Shown: piece by piece, positions 42,868-51,532 of the stretch | Position numbering within the stretch: the first letter of the stretch is position 1 | Layout: every line of letters begins with the position of its first letter | Origin: Alphaproteobacteria bacterium | Lineage (GTDB): Bacteria; Pseudomonadota; Alphaproteobacteria; CACIAM-22H2 | NCBI GenBank assembly: GCA_041690495.1 | Contig: JAWLHE010000001.1 | Coordinates: 11,369 to 75,368, forward strand | Length of the DNA stretch: 64,000 nucleotides | Direction: 5' to 3' | Made by a program: the position numbers and the translations under genes | The notes under the pieces: generated by a model | What the model saw: only the letters and a program-made list of their open reading frames with translations | The model's database searches: none | What the model was told of the DNA's origin: nothing

Positions 42868-44094
42868 TCAGCCGTGATCGGCGAGGGCGAGACGGCGTGC
42901 AGCCGGCTGGACGACGCGGTCGGGCAGCCAGCGGTTGACCAGGCGCCCGACATTCTCGAAACCGTCGAGCAGACCGGGCACCACCATTTCCGACGGGCGG
43001 GGCTGGCCGGGCAGGCGGCGCAGCGCGTCCGCCATCAACCGCGCGTCGCGCTTGCCGTCGTCCTGCAGCATGCGGACGAGGCCGAGATCCTGGGCACGGC
43101 TGGCGCGGATGTACTGTTCGAGCCGGGGTGCCGTGCGCGGCACGATGATCGCGCGCTTGTTGAACGAAAGGATCTCGCAGAAGGTGTTGTAGCCGCCCAT
43201 CGCCACCACGCCGGCGGCGCGGTCCATCAGCTCCTCGAGATGCGTGTCGAAGGTGATCGCCTCGACGTGCCGCAGACGCCGCGCGCGCTCGATGAAATCG
43301 GTCTGCAGCTCGGGCTGCATGAACGGTCCAAGGACCAGCACCGCACGGTGCGGCAGGTTGCGGTCGTATTCGTAGGCGCGCAGCACCCAGTCGACCAGCG
43401 TCTCGCCGTCGCCGCCGCCGCCGGTCGTCACCAGGACATAGGGCTCCTCGGGATTCTCGTGCCGGCGCGTGCGCTGCGTGGCGACCGGCACCGTGCGCGG
43501 CAGATAGCCGGTGTAGCTGATCTTGCGCTTGACCGAGCGAGGGACCGCGATGCCCGCAAGCGGATCGCAGATCTGCGGCAGCCCGTAGATCCAGATGTCG
43601 TCGTATAGATCGCGCAGCGCCGGCAGCACGTTCTTACGTTTCCATTCCGGCTCCAGCAGCACCGGGTCGTCCATTACGTCGCGCAGGCCCAGCACCAGCG
43701 GCACGCCCATCGACTTGAGCATCACCAGCGTGTCGTGGACCTCGCCGCGGAAGCCGAGGGGTTCCTTGTCGACCAGGAACAGGTCGGGGCCGAACGCCTC
43801 CGCCGTATGGCGGATGATCGAGGAGCGGATGCCGATCGTCTGCTGGATGTCGATGTGCAGGTTGAGCGAGGTGTATTCGCCGTTGCGCAGCTTGATGACG
43901 CCGGGCACGCGCACGAAATCGACGCGGGTCTTGAAGTCGAAGCTGCCGATGATCGGCGAGCCCGATAGGATCAGGACCGAGAGATCCTTGTTGCGTTCGA
44001 CCAGTGCATGCGCGAGGGCGCGGCAGCGGCGCAGATGGCCGAGGCCGAGCGTATCGTGGCTGTAGATGAGAATCCGGGAGCCGCCGCTTTTCAT
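42868..44094 (-). CDS. glycosyltransferase, GT28/MurG-like C-terminal domain (paralog)
   Basis: Start MKSGGSRILIYSHDTLGLGHLRR… (paralogous N-terminus to the 38615 gene); MGGYNT motif; about 408 aa. Confidence 0.75.
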   Translation of the reverse strand: MKSGGSRILIYSHDTLGLGHLRRCRALAHALVERNKDLSVLILSGSPIIGSFDFKTRVDFVRVPGVIKLRNGEYTSLNLHIDIQQTIGIRSSIIRHTAEAFGPDLFLVDKEPLGFRGEVHDTLVMLKSMGVPLVLGLRDVMDDPVLLEPEWKRKNVLPALRDLYDDIWIYGLPQICDPLAGIAVPRSVKRKISYTGYLPRTVPVATQRTRRHENPEEPYVLVTTGGGGDGETLVDWVLRAYEYDRNLPHRAVLVLGPFMQPELQTDFIERARRLRHVEAITFDTHLEELMDRAAGVVAMGGYNTFCEILSFNKRAIIVPRTAPRLEQYIRASRAQDLGLVRMLQDDGKRDARLMADALRRLPGQPRPSEMVVPGLLDGFENVGRLVNRWLPDRVVQPAARRLALADHG

Positions 44095-44290
44095 GCGCTG
44101 TGCTATCTCGCTCAAGGGCTGGCTCTCCGTCGCTCCCCAGCGGAGGACTATGGCATAAGGCCGCGGGGGCGAAAAAGTCACCTTTTTTATTGACTGGGGC
44201 TACAAAGTGCGCGGATTTTGGATCGATTTTACAATTCAGCGCAAGGGCTTAATGATTCGGAGCATTATTGGAGGGCCTTACCGCGGGCTC
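44095..44290. promoter_or_regulatory. AT-rich divergent promoter island between the glycosylation operon and the PCuAC-like/ABC gene set
   Basis: Local AT-rich stretch (…gaaaaagtcaccttttttaTTGACTggggctacaaagtgcgcggattttggatcgattttacaattcag…) in a 65% GC background. Confidence 0.45.
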
Positions 44291-44764
44291 CGCGGCCGGC
44301 TCCCGTATGCGGCGGGCGGCCGGTCCGGGATGCCGCTGGGGCCGCTCTGCGGGATCGCGCTTGCCGTGCTGATCGGCGGGCCCGGCGAAGCTCACGACCT
44401 GCGCCACGGCGACCTGCATGTCGGTCACGCCTGGACACGCCCGGCCGCGGCCGGCGGTGCCGCGGAAGTCTATTTCCCGATCGTCAACCGTGGGGCGCGC
44501 GCGGATCGGCTGACCGAGGTGCGCACGTCGATCGCGGCGGAAGCCGGCTTGGCGGAAACGCGAGACGGAACTGCGGAACGCCTCGATGCGATTGCGCTGC
44601 CCGCCGGGCGGCCGGTGGCGCTGCGTCCGGGCCGGTTCCATGTCCGTCTTGAGGGGCTGGCGCGCAGGCTGGAGGCCGGCGATCAATTCATCGTGACCCT
44701 GATTTTCGCGGCGGCAAGCCCGGCCGATGTCACCGTGATCGTCGAATCGGCGGCCGGCCACTGA
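44207..44764 (+). CDS. PCu(A)C/DUF461-like periplasmic protein lacking the Met/His copper ligands
   Basis: Pattern H.W.RP…Y..I.N.G…L……HVRLEGL…GD.F.VTL.F collinear with copper chaperone PCuAC, but H(M)-Mx/MxM ligand positions are V/L/R/E; start may be an internal Met (MIRS… or MPLGPL… signal). Confidence 0.45.
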   Translation: MRGFWIDFTIQRKGLMIRSIIGGPYRGLRGRLPYAAGGRSGMPLGPLCGIALAVLIGGPGEAHDLRHGDLHVGHAWTRPAAAGGAAEVYFPIVNRGARADRLTEVRTSIAAEAGLAETRDGTAERLDAIALPAGRPVALRPGRFHVRLEGLARRLEAGDQFIVTLIFAAASPADVTVIVESAAGH

Positions 44765-44886
44765 GGGCCACTTGGCCGGCGGTGCCGCCGGGCCCTAGTG
44801 ATATGGTGGCGCCGATTGGGTAGATTTATGCGCTGCCTTCACGACCCCATGGCGCACGGATAGCCGGGGCGATCGCGACGACCCTG

Positions 44887-47523
44887 ATGGAATCGAACCT
44901 CTATCGCTTCGTTCTGAAATACGCGCCGCGCGAAACCGCATGGGTCTGCACGCTTACCGTGCTGTCGATGCCGTTCTACTACCTTTCGCTCGAGGTGCCG
45001 AAGACGATCGTCAACAAGGCGCTGCTGCAGAAGGACATTACGTTTCCGACGGCCATTCTTGGTGTGGAGGTAGGCCGCGTCGCCTACCTGTTCCTGCTCT
45101 GCGCCGCATTCTTCTTCCTGTTCGTCACCAATACCGGCCTCAAGCAATACATCAATACGCTGAAGGGCAGGCTGGGCGAGCGGTTGCTGCGGCGATTGCG
45201 CTATGACCTGGTCTCGCGCGTCCTTCGTTTTCCGCTGCCCCATTTCCGCAAGGTTTCGGCCGGCGAGATCATCCCGATGGTGACATCGGAAGTCGAGCCG
45301 CTCGGCGGCTTTATGGGCGACGCGATTGCGCAGCCGCTGATCCAGGGCGGCACGCTTCTGGTGATCATCACCTTTCTGTTCATGCAGAATCCCTGGATCG
45401 GCCTGGCCGCGATCTCGCTCTATCCGCTGCAGGCCTACCTGATCCCCAAGCTGCAACGTCGCGTGAACCAGCTCGGCAAGGAGCGCGTACGTGCGGTGCG
45501 CAAGCTGTCGGAGCGCATCGGCGAGGCCATCCAGGGCGTCCAGGAAGTCCACGCTCACGGCACCACGACCTGGGAGCGTGCCGACTTCTCCGACCGGCTC
45601 GGGCTGATCTTCAAGATCAGGTTCGAGATCTACCAGCGCAAATCGTTCGTCAAGTTTCTGAACAATTTTCTCAACCAGATGGTGCCGCTGCTGTTTTATT
45701 CGCTCGGCGGCTATCTGGTGATCCGGGGCGACCTGTCCGTCGGCGCGCTCACAGCGGCACTGGCGGCGCACAAGGACATGTCGGCGCCATGGAAAGAGCT
45801 GCTCGACTATTACCAGCAGAGTCAGGATTCGAAGATCAAGTACGAGCAGGTCACCGAGCAGTTCAAGCCGGAGAACATGTTCGACGAGACGCTGGAGCAG
45901 CCGATCGATGAGCCGCCGGGCCGGCTTGAAGGCGAGATCGAGGCGACCAATCTCGCTCTCTACGAGGACGCCCAGACCAGGCTGCTTGAAAGCACCAGCT
46001 TCAGAATCGCGCCTGGAGAGAAGGTGGCGCTCGTCGGCCCTTCAGGCGGCGGCAAGGAGGCGGCTGCCATGCTGCTCGCGCGTCTCTATCAGCCGAGCGC
46101 CGGCCGCATTGCTGTCGGCGAGCGGGATCTGCGGACGATTCCGAGTGCGGTGCTCGGCGCGCGCATCGGCTATGTCGGACCGACCGCCTATCTCTTTTCC
46201 GCCAGCGTGCGGGACAACCTGAGCTATGGCCTGCGCCAGCGGCTGGTGAAGGCCCGCGAGGATGCCCAGTTGCGCCAGAAGCAGCGCTGGCTCGCCGAGG
46301 CGGCGCGCGCGGGCAACCTCGCGCTCGACACCCAGGCCGAATGGATCGACTGGCGCGGCGCGGACCTTTCTGGCGATCAGGGTCCGACCGAGGCGATGAT
46401 CGAAGCGCTGTCGCTCGTCGGCCTCTCGGAGGATCTCTACCACTTCGGTCTGCGCGGGACGATCGATCCGAAGAAGCGCAGCGACATCGCGGATTGCATC
46501 GTAAAGGCGCGCGCGGCGCTGCAGGAGCGGATCAGGGATCCCGAGCTGGCGCCGCTGGTCGAGGTGTTCGATCCGGGGCGCTACAACAACAATGCGACGA
46601 TGGCGGAGAACCTGCTGTTCGGAACGCCGGTCAGCGCCGCCTTCGACATCGATCGCCTCTCCGAGAACGCGTATGTGCTTGGCGTGCTCGACAAGGTCGG
46701 CCTCACCGATGATCTGGTCGCCATCGGCCGCGAGGTCGCGACCACCATGATCGAGATCTTCGCCGACCTGCCGCCCGGGCACGAGTTCTTCGAGCAGTTC
46801 AGCTTCATCTCGTCGGACGAGCTTCCGGAATTCCAGGCGCTGCTCGGCCGTGTCGACGGCAAGGGCATGACCCCGGCGGACCGCGCGCGCCTGCTCACGC
46901 TGCCTTTCAAGCTGATAGAGGCGCGCCACCGTCTGGGTCTGATCGACGACGCCCTCAAGGCGCGAATCCTCGAAGCGCGGCACGTCTTCCGCGAGGATCT
47001 GCCCGAAACGACACGCTCGGGTATCGAGTTCTTCGATCCGGCGGCCTACAATGCCGCAACGTCGCTGCAGGACAATATCCTGTTCGGGAAGCTCGCCTAT
47101 GGGCAAGCACGGGCCGCCCAACGGGTCGGCAAGCTCATCGTCGAGATCCTGGACGAGCTCCATCTCCGCCCAGCGGTGCTCGAAGTCGGGCTCGAATACC
47201 AGGTCGGCGTGGGCGGCGCGCGCCTGAACCAGGGCCAGCGCCAGAAGCTGGCGATCGCGCGATCTCTGCTCAAGCGCCCGGATATCATGATTCTCAACGA
47301 GGCCACGACGATCTTTGATTCGACGACGCAGGCGCACATCATGGATGGCATTTTCAAGGCGTGCGAAGGCCGCACCGTGATCTGGGCGCTGCATACGCCG
47401 GCGATGGCCAAGCACTTCGATCGTGTCCTCGTTTTTGCGGACAACCGCCTTGCAGAGTCCGGTGATTTCGGCGAGCTCGGGCGCCCGGGCACGCTGTTCA
47501 CCGAGCTGCTCGCGGCGGCATGA
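44887..47523 (+). CDS. ABC exporter (type I TMD + NBD) with degenerate ATPase motifs and triplicated helical-subdomain segment
   Basis: 878 aa; 6-TM exporter domain; Walker A GPSGGGKE, signature LNQGQRQK, Walker B IMILNEAT, H-loop IWALH; three tandem copies of the Q-loop/ENIxFG segment (46169-46231, 46560-46623, 47026-47088). Confidence 0.85.
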   Translation: MESNLYRFVLKYAPRETAWVCTLTVLSMPFYYLSLEVPKTIVNKALLQKDITFPTAILGVEVGRVAYLFLLCAAFFFLFVTNTGLKQYINTLKGRLGERLLRRLRYDLVSRVLRFPLPHFRKVSAGEIIPMVTSEVEPLGGFMGDAIAQPLIQGGTLLVIITFLFMQNPWIGLAAISLYPLQAYLIPKLQRRVNQLGKERVRAVRKLSERIGEAIQGVQEVHAHGTTTWERADFSDRLGLIFKIRFEIYQRKSFVKFLNNFLNQMVPLLFYSLGGYLVIRGDLSVGALTAALAAHKDMSAPWKELLDYYQQSQDSKIKYEQVTEQFKPENMFDETLEQPIDEPPGRLEGEIEATNLALYEDAQTRLLESTSFRIAPGEKVALVGPSGGGKEAAAMLLARLYQPSAGRIAVGERDLRTIPSAVLGARIGYVGPTAYLFSASVRDNLSYGLRQRLVKAREDAQLRQKQRWLAEAARAGNLALDTQAEWIDWRGADLSGDQGPTEAMIEALSLVGLSEDLYHFGLRGTIDPKKRSDIADCIVKARAALQERIRDPELAPLVEVFDPGRYNNNATMAENLLFGTPVSAAFDIDRLSENAYVLGVLDKVGLTDDLVAIGREVATTMIEIFADLPPGHEFFEQFSFISSDELPEFQALLGRVDGKGMTPADRARLLTLPFKLIEARHRLGLIDDALKARILEARHVFREDLPETTRSGIEFFDPAAYNAATSLQDNILFGKLAYGQARAAQRVGKLIVEILDELHLRPAVLEVGLEYQVGVGGARLNQGQRQKLAIARSLLKRPDIMILNEATTIFDSTTQAHIMDGIFKACEGRTVIWALHTPAMAKHFDRVLVFADNRLAESGDFGELGRPGTLFTELLAAA

Positions 47524-47544
47524 GAAAGGCCGGAGGAAACACCG

Positions 47545-48003
47545 ATGTCGATCAAGGAAGAAGTCGAGATTCTCCGCAACATTCCGCTTTTCGCAAAGCT
47601 CGAGCCGGCGAAACTGAAACTGCTGGCTTTCACCAGCCAAAGACTGACTTTCGAGGCCGGCCAGCCGCTGTTCCAGCAGGGCGATCCCGGCGATGCCGCC
47701 TACATCGTCCTGGACGGAGAGGCGGAGGTCATGATTCACACGGCGCAGGGACCGGTTCGGGTCGCGCGGGTCGGGCGCCACGCGATCATCGGCGAGGTGG
47801 CCATACTGTGCGAGGTGCCGCGCACCGCGACGGTGATCGCCAGCTCGCAGCTCACTACATTGCGCATCGACAAGGATTTGTTCTTCCGGCTGGTCAACGA
47901 GTTCCCGCAGATGGCGGTCGAGATCATGCGCGAGCTCGCGCACCGGCTCGAGAAGACCAACGAGCAGCTCCGCGTTGCCGTGACGCGCGCCGGAAACGCC
48001 TGA
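47545..48003 (+). CDS. stand-alone cyclic nucleotide-binding domain protein
   Basis: 152 aa; cNMP-binding beta-roll (…FEAGQPLFQQGDPGDAAYIVLDGEAEV…GEVAIL…RTATV…); no DNA-binding domain; SD ggagga precedes the ATG. Confidence 0.85.
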   Translation: MSIKEEVEILRNIPLFAKLEPAKLKLLAFTSQRLTFEAGQPLFQQGDPGDAAYIVLDGEAEVMIHTAQGPVRVARVGRHAIIGEVAILCEVPRTATVIASSQLTTLRIDKDLFFRLVNEFPQMAVEIMRELAHRLEKTNEQLRVAVTRAGNA

Positions 48004-48004
48004 C

Positions 48005-48526
48005 ATGGCGCCCTCGGATCGCGGGCGCAAGGGCAGCCGTCTGGACAGCTTCATCCGCCGCCTCGAGGCGCAGCGCGCCTGTCTCGACTGGGCGACGGCC
48101 GCGGTCGCCGATGTTCCGGGTGCAACCCTCGAGCTCGGACTCGGCAACGGCCGCACCTACGATCACCTGCGAACGAGGCTGTCGGCCGGTCGCGAGATCT
48201 TCGCTTTCGACCGCCAGGTCGCGGCACATCCCGACTGCATTCCCGACGCCGATCATCTGCTTGTCGGCGACTTCCGTGACACCGTACCGGCTTTCGCCGC
48301 GCGACATGGGGCGACGGCGGCTCTCGTCCATGCAGACATCGGCTCGGGCGACGCGGCCGCCACCGCGGCGCTGGCGCGCTGGCTTGGACCGGCGCTGATA
48401 CCGTTGCTTGCCGCGCATGCGATCGTTCTGTGCGACCAGGCGCTCGATGCGCAGGGACTGCGCCTTCAGCCGCTTCCGCCCGGCGTGCCGGCGGACCGCT
48501 ATTTCATCTATCGCCGTGTGCTCTGA
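48005..48526 (+). CDS. small methyltransferase-like protein (putative class I SAM-binding fold)
   Basis: 173 aa; motif-I-like LELGLGNGRT and acidic motif (LLVGDF); start codon 1 nt after the cNMP-protein stop (TGAcATG). Confidence 0.5.
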   Translation: MAPSDRGRKGSRLDSFIRRLEAQRACLDWATAAVADVPGATLELGLGNGRTYDHLRTRLSAGREIFAFDRQVAAHPDCIPDADHLLVGDFRDTVPAFAARHGATAALVHADIGSGDAAATAALARWLGPALIPLLAAHAIVLCDQALDAQGLRLQPLPPGVPADRYFIYRRVL

Positions 48527-48600
48527 CCGGGGATGCTGAAGGCGGCGGCCGGCCGCGAGCAAGACGCGCTGCAGCGCAGGCGCGGCGCCGCCTGCGTCTG

Positions 48601-49488
48601 TTACGGCTTCAGATCGAGCAGCACGGGAACGTGGTCCGACGGCGTCGGCCAGTCGCGCGCCTCCTTGAGAATGTGCACGCCCATGACGCCGCCGGCGAGC
48701 GCCGGCGTCACCCAGGCGTGATCGAGCCGCCGGCCGCGGTCGGACCGGCGCCAGTCCTGATTGCGATAGCTCCACCAAGTGTAAATCCGCTGCGGCTCGG
48801 GGAACAGCTCGCGTGTCGCATCGACCCAGTGATGCGCGTCCTGGAACGCCGCCAGCAGCTCGACCTCGACGGGCGTGTGGCTCACCACCGTCAGCAGCTG
48901 CTTGTGCGACCACACGTCGTTCTCGCGCGGCGCCACATTGAGGTCGCCGACCAGGATGCGCTTGCGGCCGTTGGGCTGCCTGGCCCAGTATGCGCCAAGC
49001 TCGCGCAGGAACTGGAGCTTGTGCGCGAATTTCGGGTTTACCGCGGGATCGGGAACGTCGCCGCCGGCGGGCACATAGACATTGTGCAGCTCGATTCCGC
49101 CGGGGAGCTCCACCTGGCAATGGCGCGAATCGTCCTTCTCGCACCAGCGCTCGCGGCCGCTGCGCGCCAGGCTGTGCCGTGACAGGATCGCGACGCCGTT
49201 ATAGCCCTTCATGCCGTAGAAGCACTGGTGCGGGTACCCCGCCTTGGCCAGGGCATCCGCCGGGAAATGCTGGTTCTCGGTCTTGGTTTCCTGCAGGCAG
49301 ATCACGTCGGGCTGCGCTGCCTTGATCAGCTTCTTGATCAGCGGCAGCCGCAGGCGCACCGAGTTGATATTCCAGGTTGCGACGCGCAGGCCCGATGCGC
49401 CGGGCGCCCGAGGAATTTTCCTGGCGAGGTAAGGCGTGGGTATGGCGGCTTCTTTCTTCGCCGGTCGCGCGGCGGCACGGTTCGACAT
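48601..49488 (-). CDS. xthA: exodeoxyribonuclease III
   Basis: EEP-fold nuclease motifs (LRVATWNINSV, DVICLQETK, VGDLN, …SDHVPV); the N-terminal 30 aa extension may not be translated. Confidence 0.9.
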   Translation of the reverse strand: MSNRAAARPAKKEAAIPTPYLARKIPRAPGASGLRVATWNINSVRLRLPLIKKLIKAAQPDVICLQETKTENQHFPADALAKAGYPHQCFYGMKGYNGVAILSRHSLARSGRERWCEKDDSRHCQVELPGGIELHNVYVPAGGDVPDPAVNPKFAHKLQFLRELGAYWARQPNGRKRILVGDLNVAPRENDVWSHKQLLTVVSHTPVEVELLAAFQDAHHWVDATRELFPEPQRIYTWWSYRNQDWRRSDRGRRLDHAWVTPALAGGVMGVHILKEARDWPTPSDHVPVLLDLKP

Positions 49489-49593
49489 CCGGATGGAAAT
49501 TTCTCAAAGCATAAAACGGCAGCGCGTTGTTTTGCCGTGCCGCCGTCGGCACGGTCAAGCCCGCCGCGAGAAATCCGGGTGCGCAAATGCAAA

Positions 49594-49640
49594 GCGCCCG
49601 GTCGGGGGGAAGACCGGGCGCTCGGAAGCTCCTCTCGGAG
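49594..49640 (-). terminator. hairpin terminator downstream of the hydrolase/GATase/LolA-like operon
   Basis: Perfect 11-bp inverted repeat AGCGCCCGGTC-GGGGGGAA-GACCGGGCGCT; on the minus strand it is followed by TTTGCATTTG. Confidence 0.55.
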
Positions 49641-49776
49641 CCCGGCGGACGTCAGGGGAGCCGTCCACCGAACGGTCGACCGGAGCCGACCGCCTCTTGT
49701 CCTAAGAAATGGTAGCGAGCCGCGTCCGTTCAAGACCCTTCGCAGCGGCGCTCAGGATCCAAAAAGCGCAAGTCGC

Positions 49777-50757
49777 TCAGCTTGATGCAAGCTGCTCACG
49801 CACCTGTGAAAGGGCCCGGTCCGGTGCCTCGAACACCATCATATGGCCGTGCTCGCGCCAGATCTCGAACGCGGCATTGCTGAGTCGACGTGCGGCAAAG
49901 CCGATCGCCGCCGTGACCCAGTCGCGCTCTGCTCCAGCCTCGGGATCGCCGCTGACGAGCCGCAGCGGCGGCGCGGCGGGGAATTGCGGAAGCAGCCGGA
50001 AGGTCGAGTCGGGCGTATCCGTCGCGAAGATCGCGAACATTGCGGCCTCTATCTCGGGCCGGCAGGCGAGCTCGACGCCGCCTTCTTCGACCGGACGCAC
50101 CGTCGCCTGCGCATGCGCCGCCAGCATCGGCGGGGCGAAGCTGGTGAAGGGCCGCCGCCGTTGCAGATAGGCCGCATATTCCTCGACGCTGTCCCAGGAC
50201 CGTCGCCGCACCCGCGTGCGCACCACCAGCGCCGCGTTCTTCTCGACCGCCTCGGCATGGACCGGGATATCCGCACTCGGAAACAGCGCGGGCTCGAACA
50301 GCAGCAGGTTGCGGAAGGGGAGCGCCGCGAAACGGTCGGGAAAGCGGCAGCCCAGCCGCAGCAGCGCCACCGCGTTCAGCGAGTGCGCCACGTAATGAAT
50401 CGGCCCGCGGGTCCGCGAGGCGACCGTCTCCGCGATGGCAGCGAGATCGAGCGCGAACCGGTCGGGATGGTAGGTCGGCACGGCCAGTTCGTCCCGGACC
50501 GGTGCATCGGGCGGCGGTGCCTGCGATCCGCCATGGCCGCGCGCGTCGAAGGCGAACACCTCGGCGTCGGCCGCGAGCTGTTCGAGCAGCGGCAGATAGC
50601 ATCCGGCGGCGAAGCCGCCGCAATGGCCCCACAGCACGACCGGGCCGTGCGTGCGCGAGCCGCGCAGGCGGTAGAGATTGAGCCCGACGCCGCCCTGACC
50701 TCCGACCGGGATCAGCTCTGCCTTGTCGGACGGGATCGAAACGAAGCGTCGTGTCAT
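49777..50757 (-). CDS. alpha/beta hydrolase
   Basis: ATG at 50755-50757 (MTRRFVSIP…); HGGG-like region (LWGHCGGFAAG), nucleophile elbow AHSLNA; starts 1 nt after the stop of the upstream gene. Confidence 0.75.
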   Translation of the reverse strand: MTRRFVSIPSDKAELIPVGGQGGVGLNLYRLRGSRTHGPVVLWGHCGGFAAGCYLPLLEQLAADAEVFAFDARGHGGSQAPPPDAPVRDELAVPTYHPDRFALDLAAIAETVASRTRGPIHYVAHSLNAVALLRLGCRFPDRFAALPFRNLLLFEPALFPSADIPVHAEAVEKNAALVVRTRVRRRSWDSVEEYAAYLQRRRPFTSFAPPMLAAHAQATVRPVEEGGVELACRPEIEAAMFAIFATDTPDSTFRLLPQFPAAPPLRLVSGDPEAGAERDWVTAAIGFAARRLSNAAFEIWREHGHMMVFEAPDRALSQVREQLASS

Positions 50758-50758
50758 C

Positions 50759-51532
50759 TCATGCGACGTCGGCGGCCGCAGTCCGGCGCAGCGCACGGGC
50801 GCGGGCGGCGTCGCCGAATGCGGCAAAGATCGCGCGCGCCAGCGGATCATTCGCGATGTGCCATTCGGGATGCCACTGCACGCCGAGCGCGAACGTCTTG
50901 GCCGCCATGACGCGCACCGCCTCGACGATCCCGTCGGGCGAGGTCGCCTCGACCGCGAGGCCTGGCGCAAGACGGTCGATGGCCTGGGCATGCAGCGAGT
51001 TCACCGTCGCCTCGCCGGCGCCCGCCAGCCGGCCGAGCAGTCCGCCCGGCGCAAGTCGCACGGTATGGGCATAGCCGTAGCGTTCCTCGTTGTTCGGCAG
51101 GTCGCGGGCGCGGTGGTCGCGGCGGCCCGGCAGCTCATGCACGTGCTGGTGCAGCGTGCCGCCAAGCGCCACGTTCAGCTCCTGGTGGCCGCGACAGATC
51201 GCCAGCAGCGGCAGCCCGGCCTCGATTGCCAGCCGGATCAGCGGCAGGGTTGTCGCGTCGCGTGCCGCATCGTGCAGCGTACCGGCGGGCGAATCGCCGC
51301 CTCCGTAGCGGTGCGGCTCCACATTCGACGGGCTGCCGGTCAGAAGCAGGCCGTCGAGCCGGGCGATCAGGGCGGCGAAATCGGTCTGCTCGCCCAGGGC
51401 GGGTACGATCAGCGGCACGCCGCCGGCCCCGACGACAACCGCGGAGACATACTGCGTCGCCACGCTGTGGAAGCGGTGACGCTCGCCCGCGCGCACGCAT
51501 GCCGTCAGTCCGATCAACGGCGTCGCGCTCAT
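50759..51532 (-). CDS. gamma-glutamyl-gamma-aminobutyrate hydrolase family protein (class I glutamine amidotransferase-like, PuuD)
   Basis: 257 aa; catalytic Cys context (LLAICRGHQELNVALGG), His/Glu pair near the C-terminus (HPEW). Confidence 0.85.
   Translation of the reverse strand: MSATPLIGLTACVRAGERHRFHSVATQYVSAVVVGAGGVPLIVPALGEQTDFAALIARLDGLLLTGSPSNVEPHRYGGGDSPAGTLHDAARDATTLPLIRLAIEAGLPLLAICRGHQELNVALGGTLHQHVHELPGRRDHRARDLPNNEERYGYAHTVRLAPGGLLGRLAGAGEATVNSLHAQAIDRLAPGLAVEATSPDGIVEAVRVMAAKTFALGVQWHPEWHIANDPLARAIFAAFGDAARARALRRTAAADVA

Noticed and set aside
46042-48156. 704-aa minus-strand ORF
   Set aside because: Antisense to the ABC exporter and cNMP-binding genes; no recognisable domains, Arg-rich
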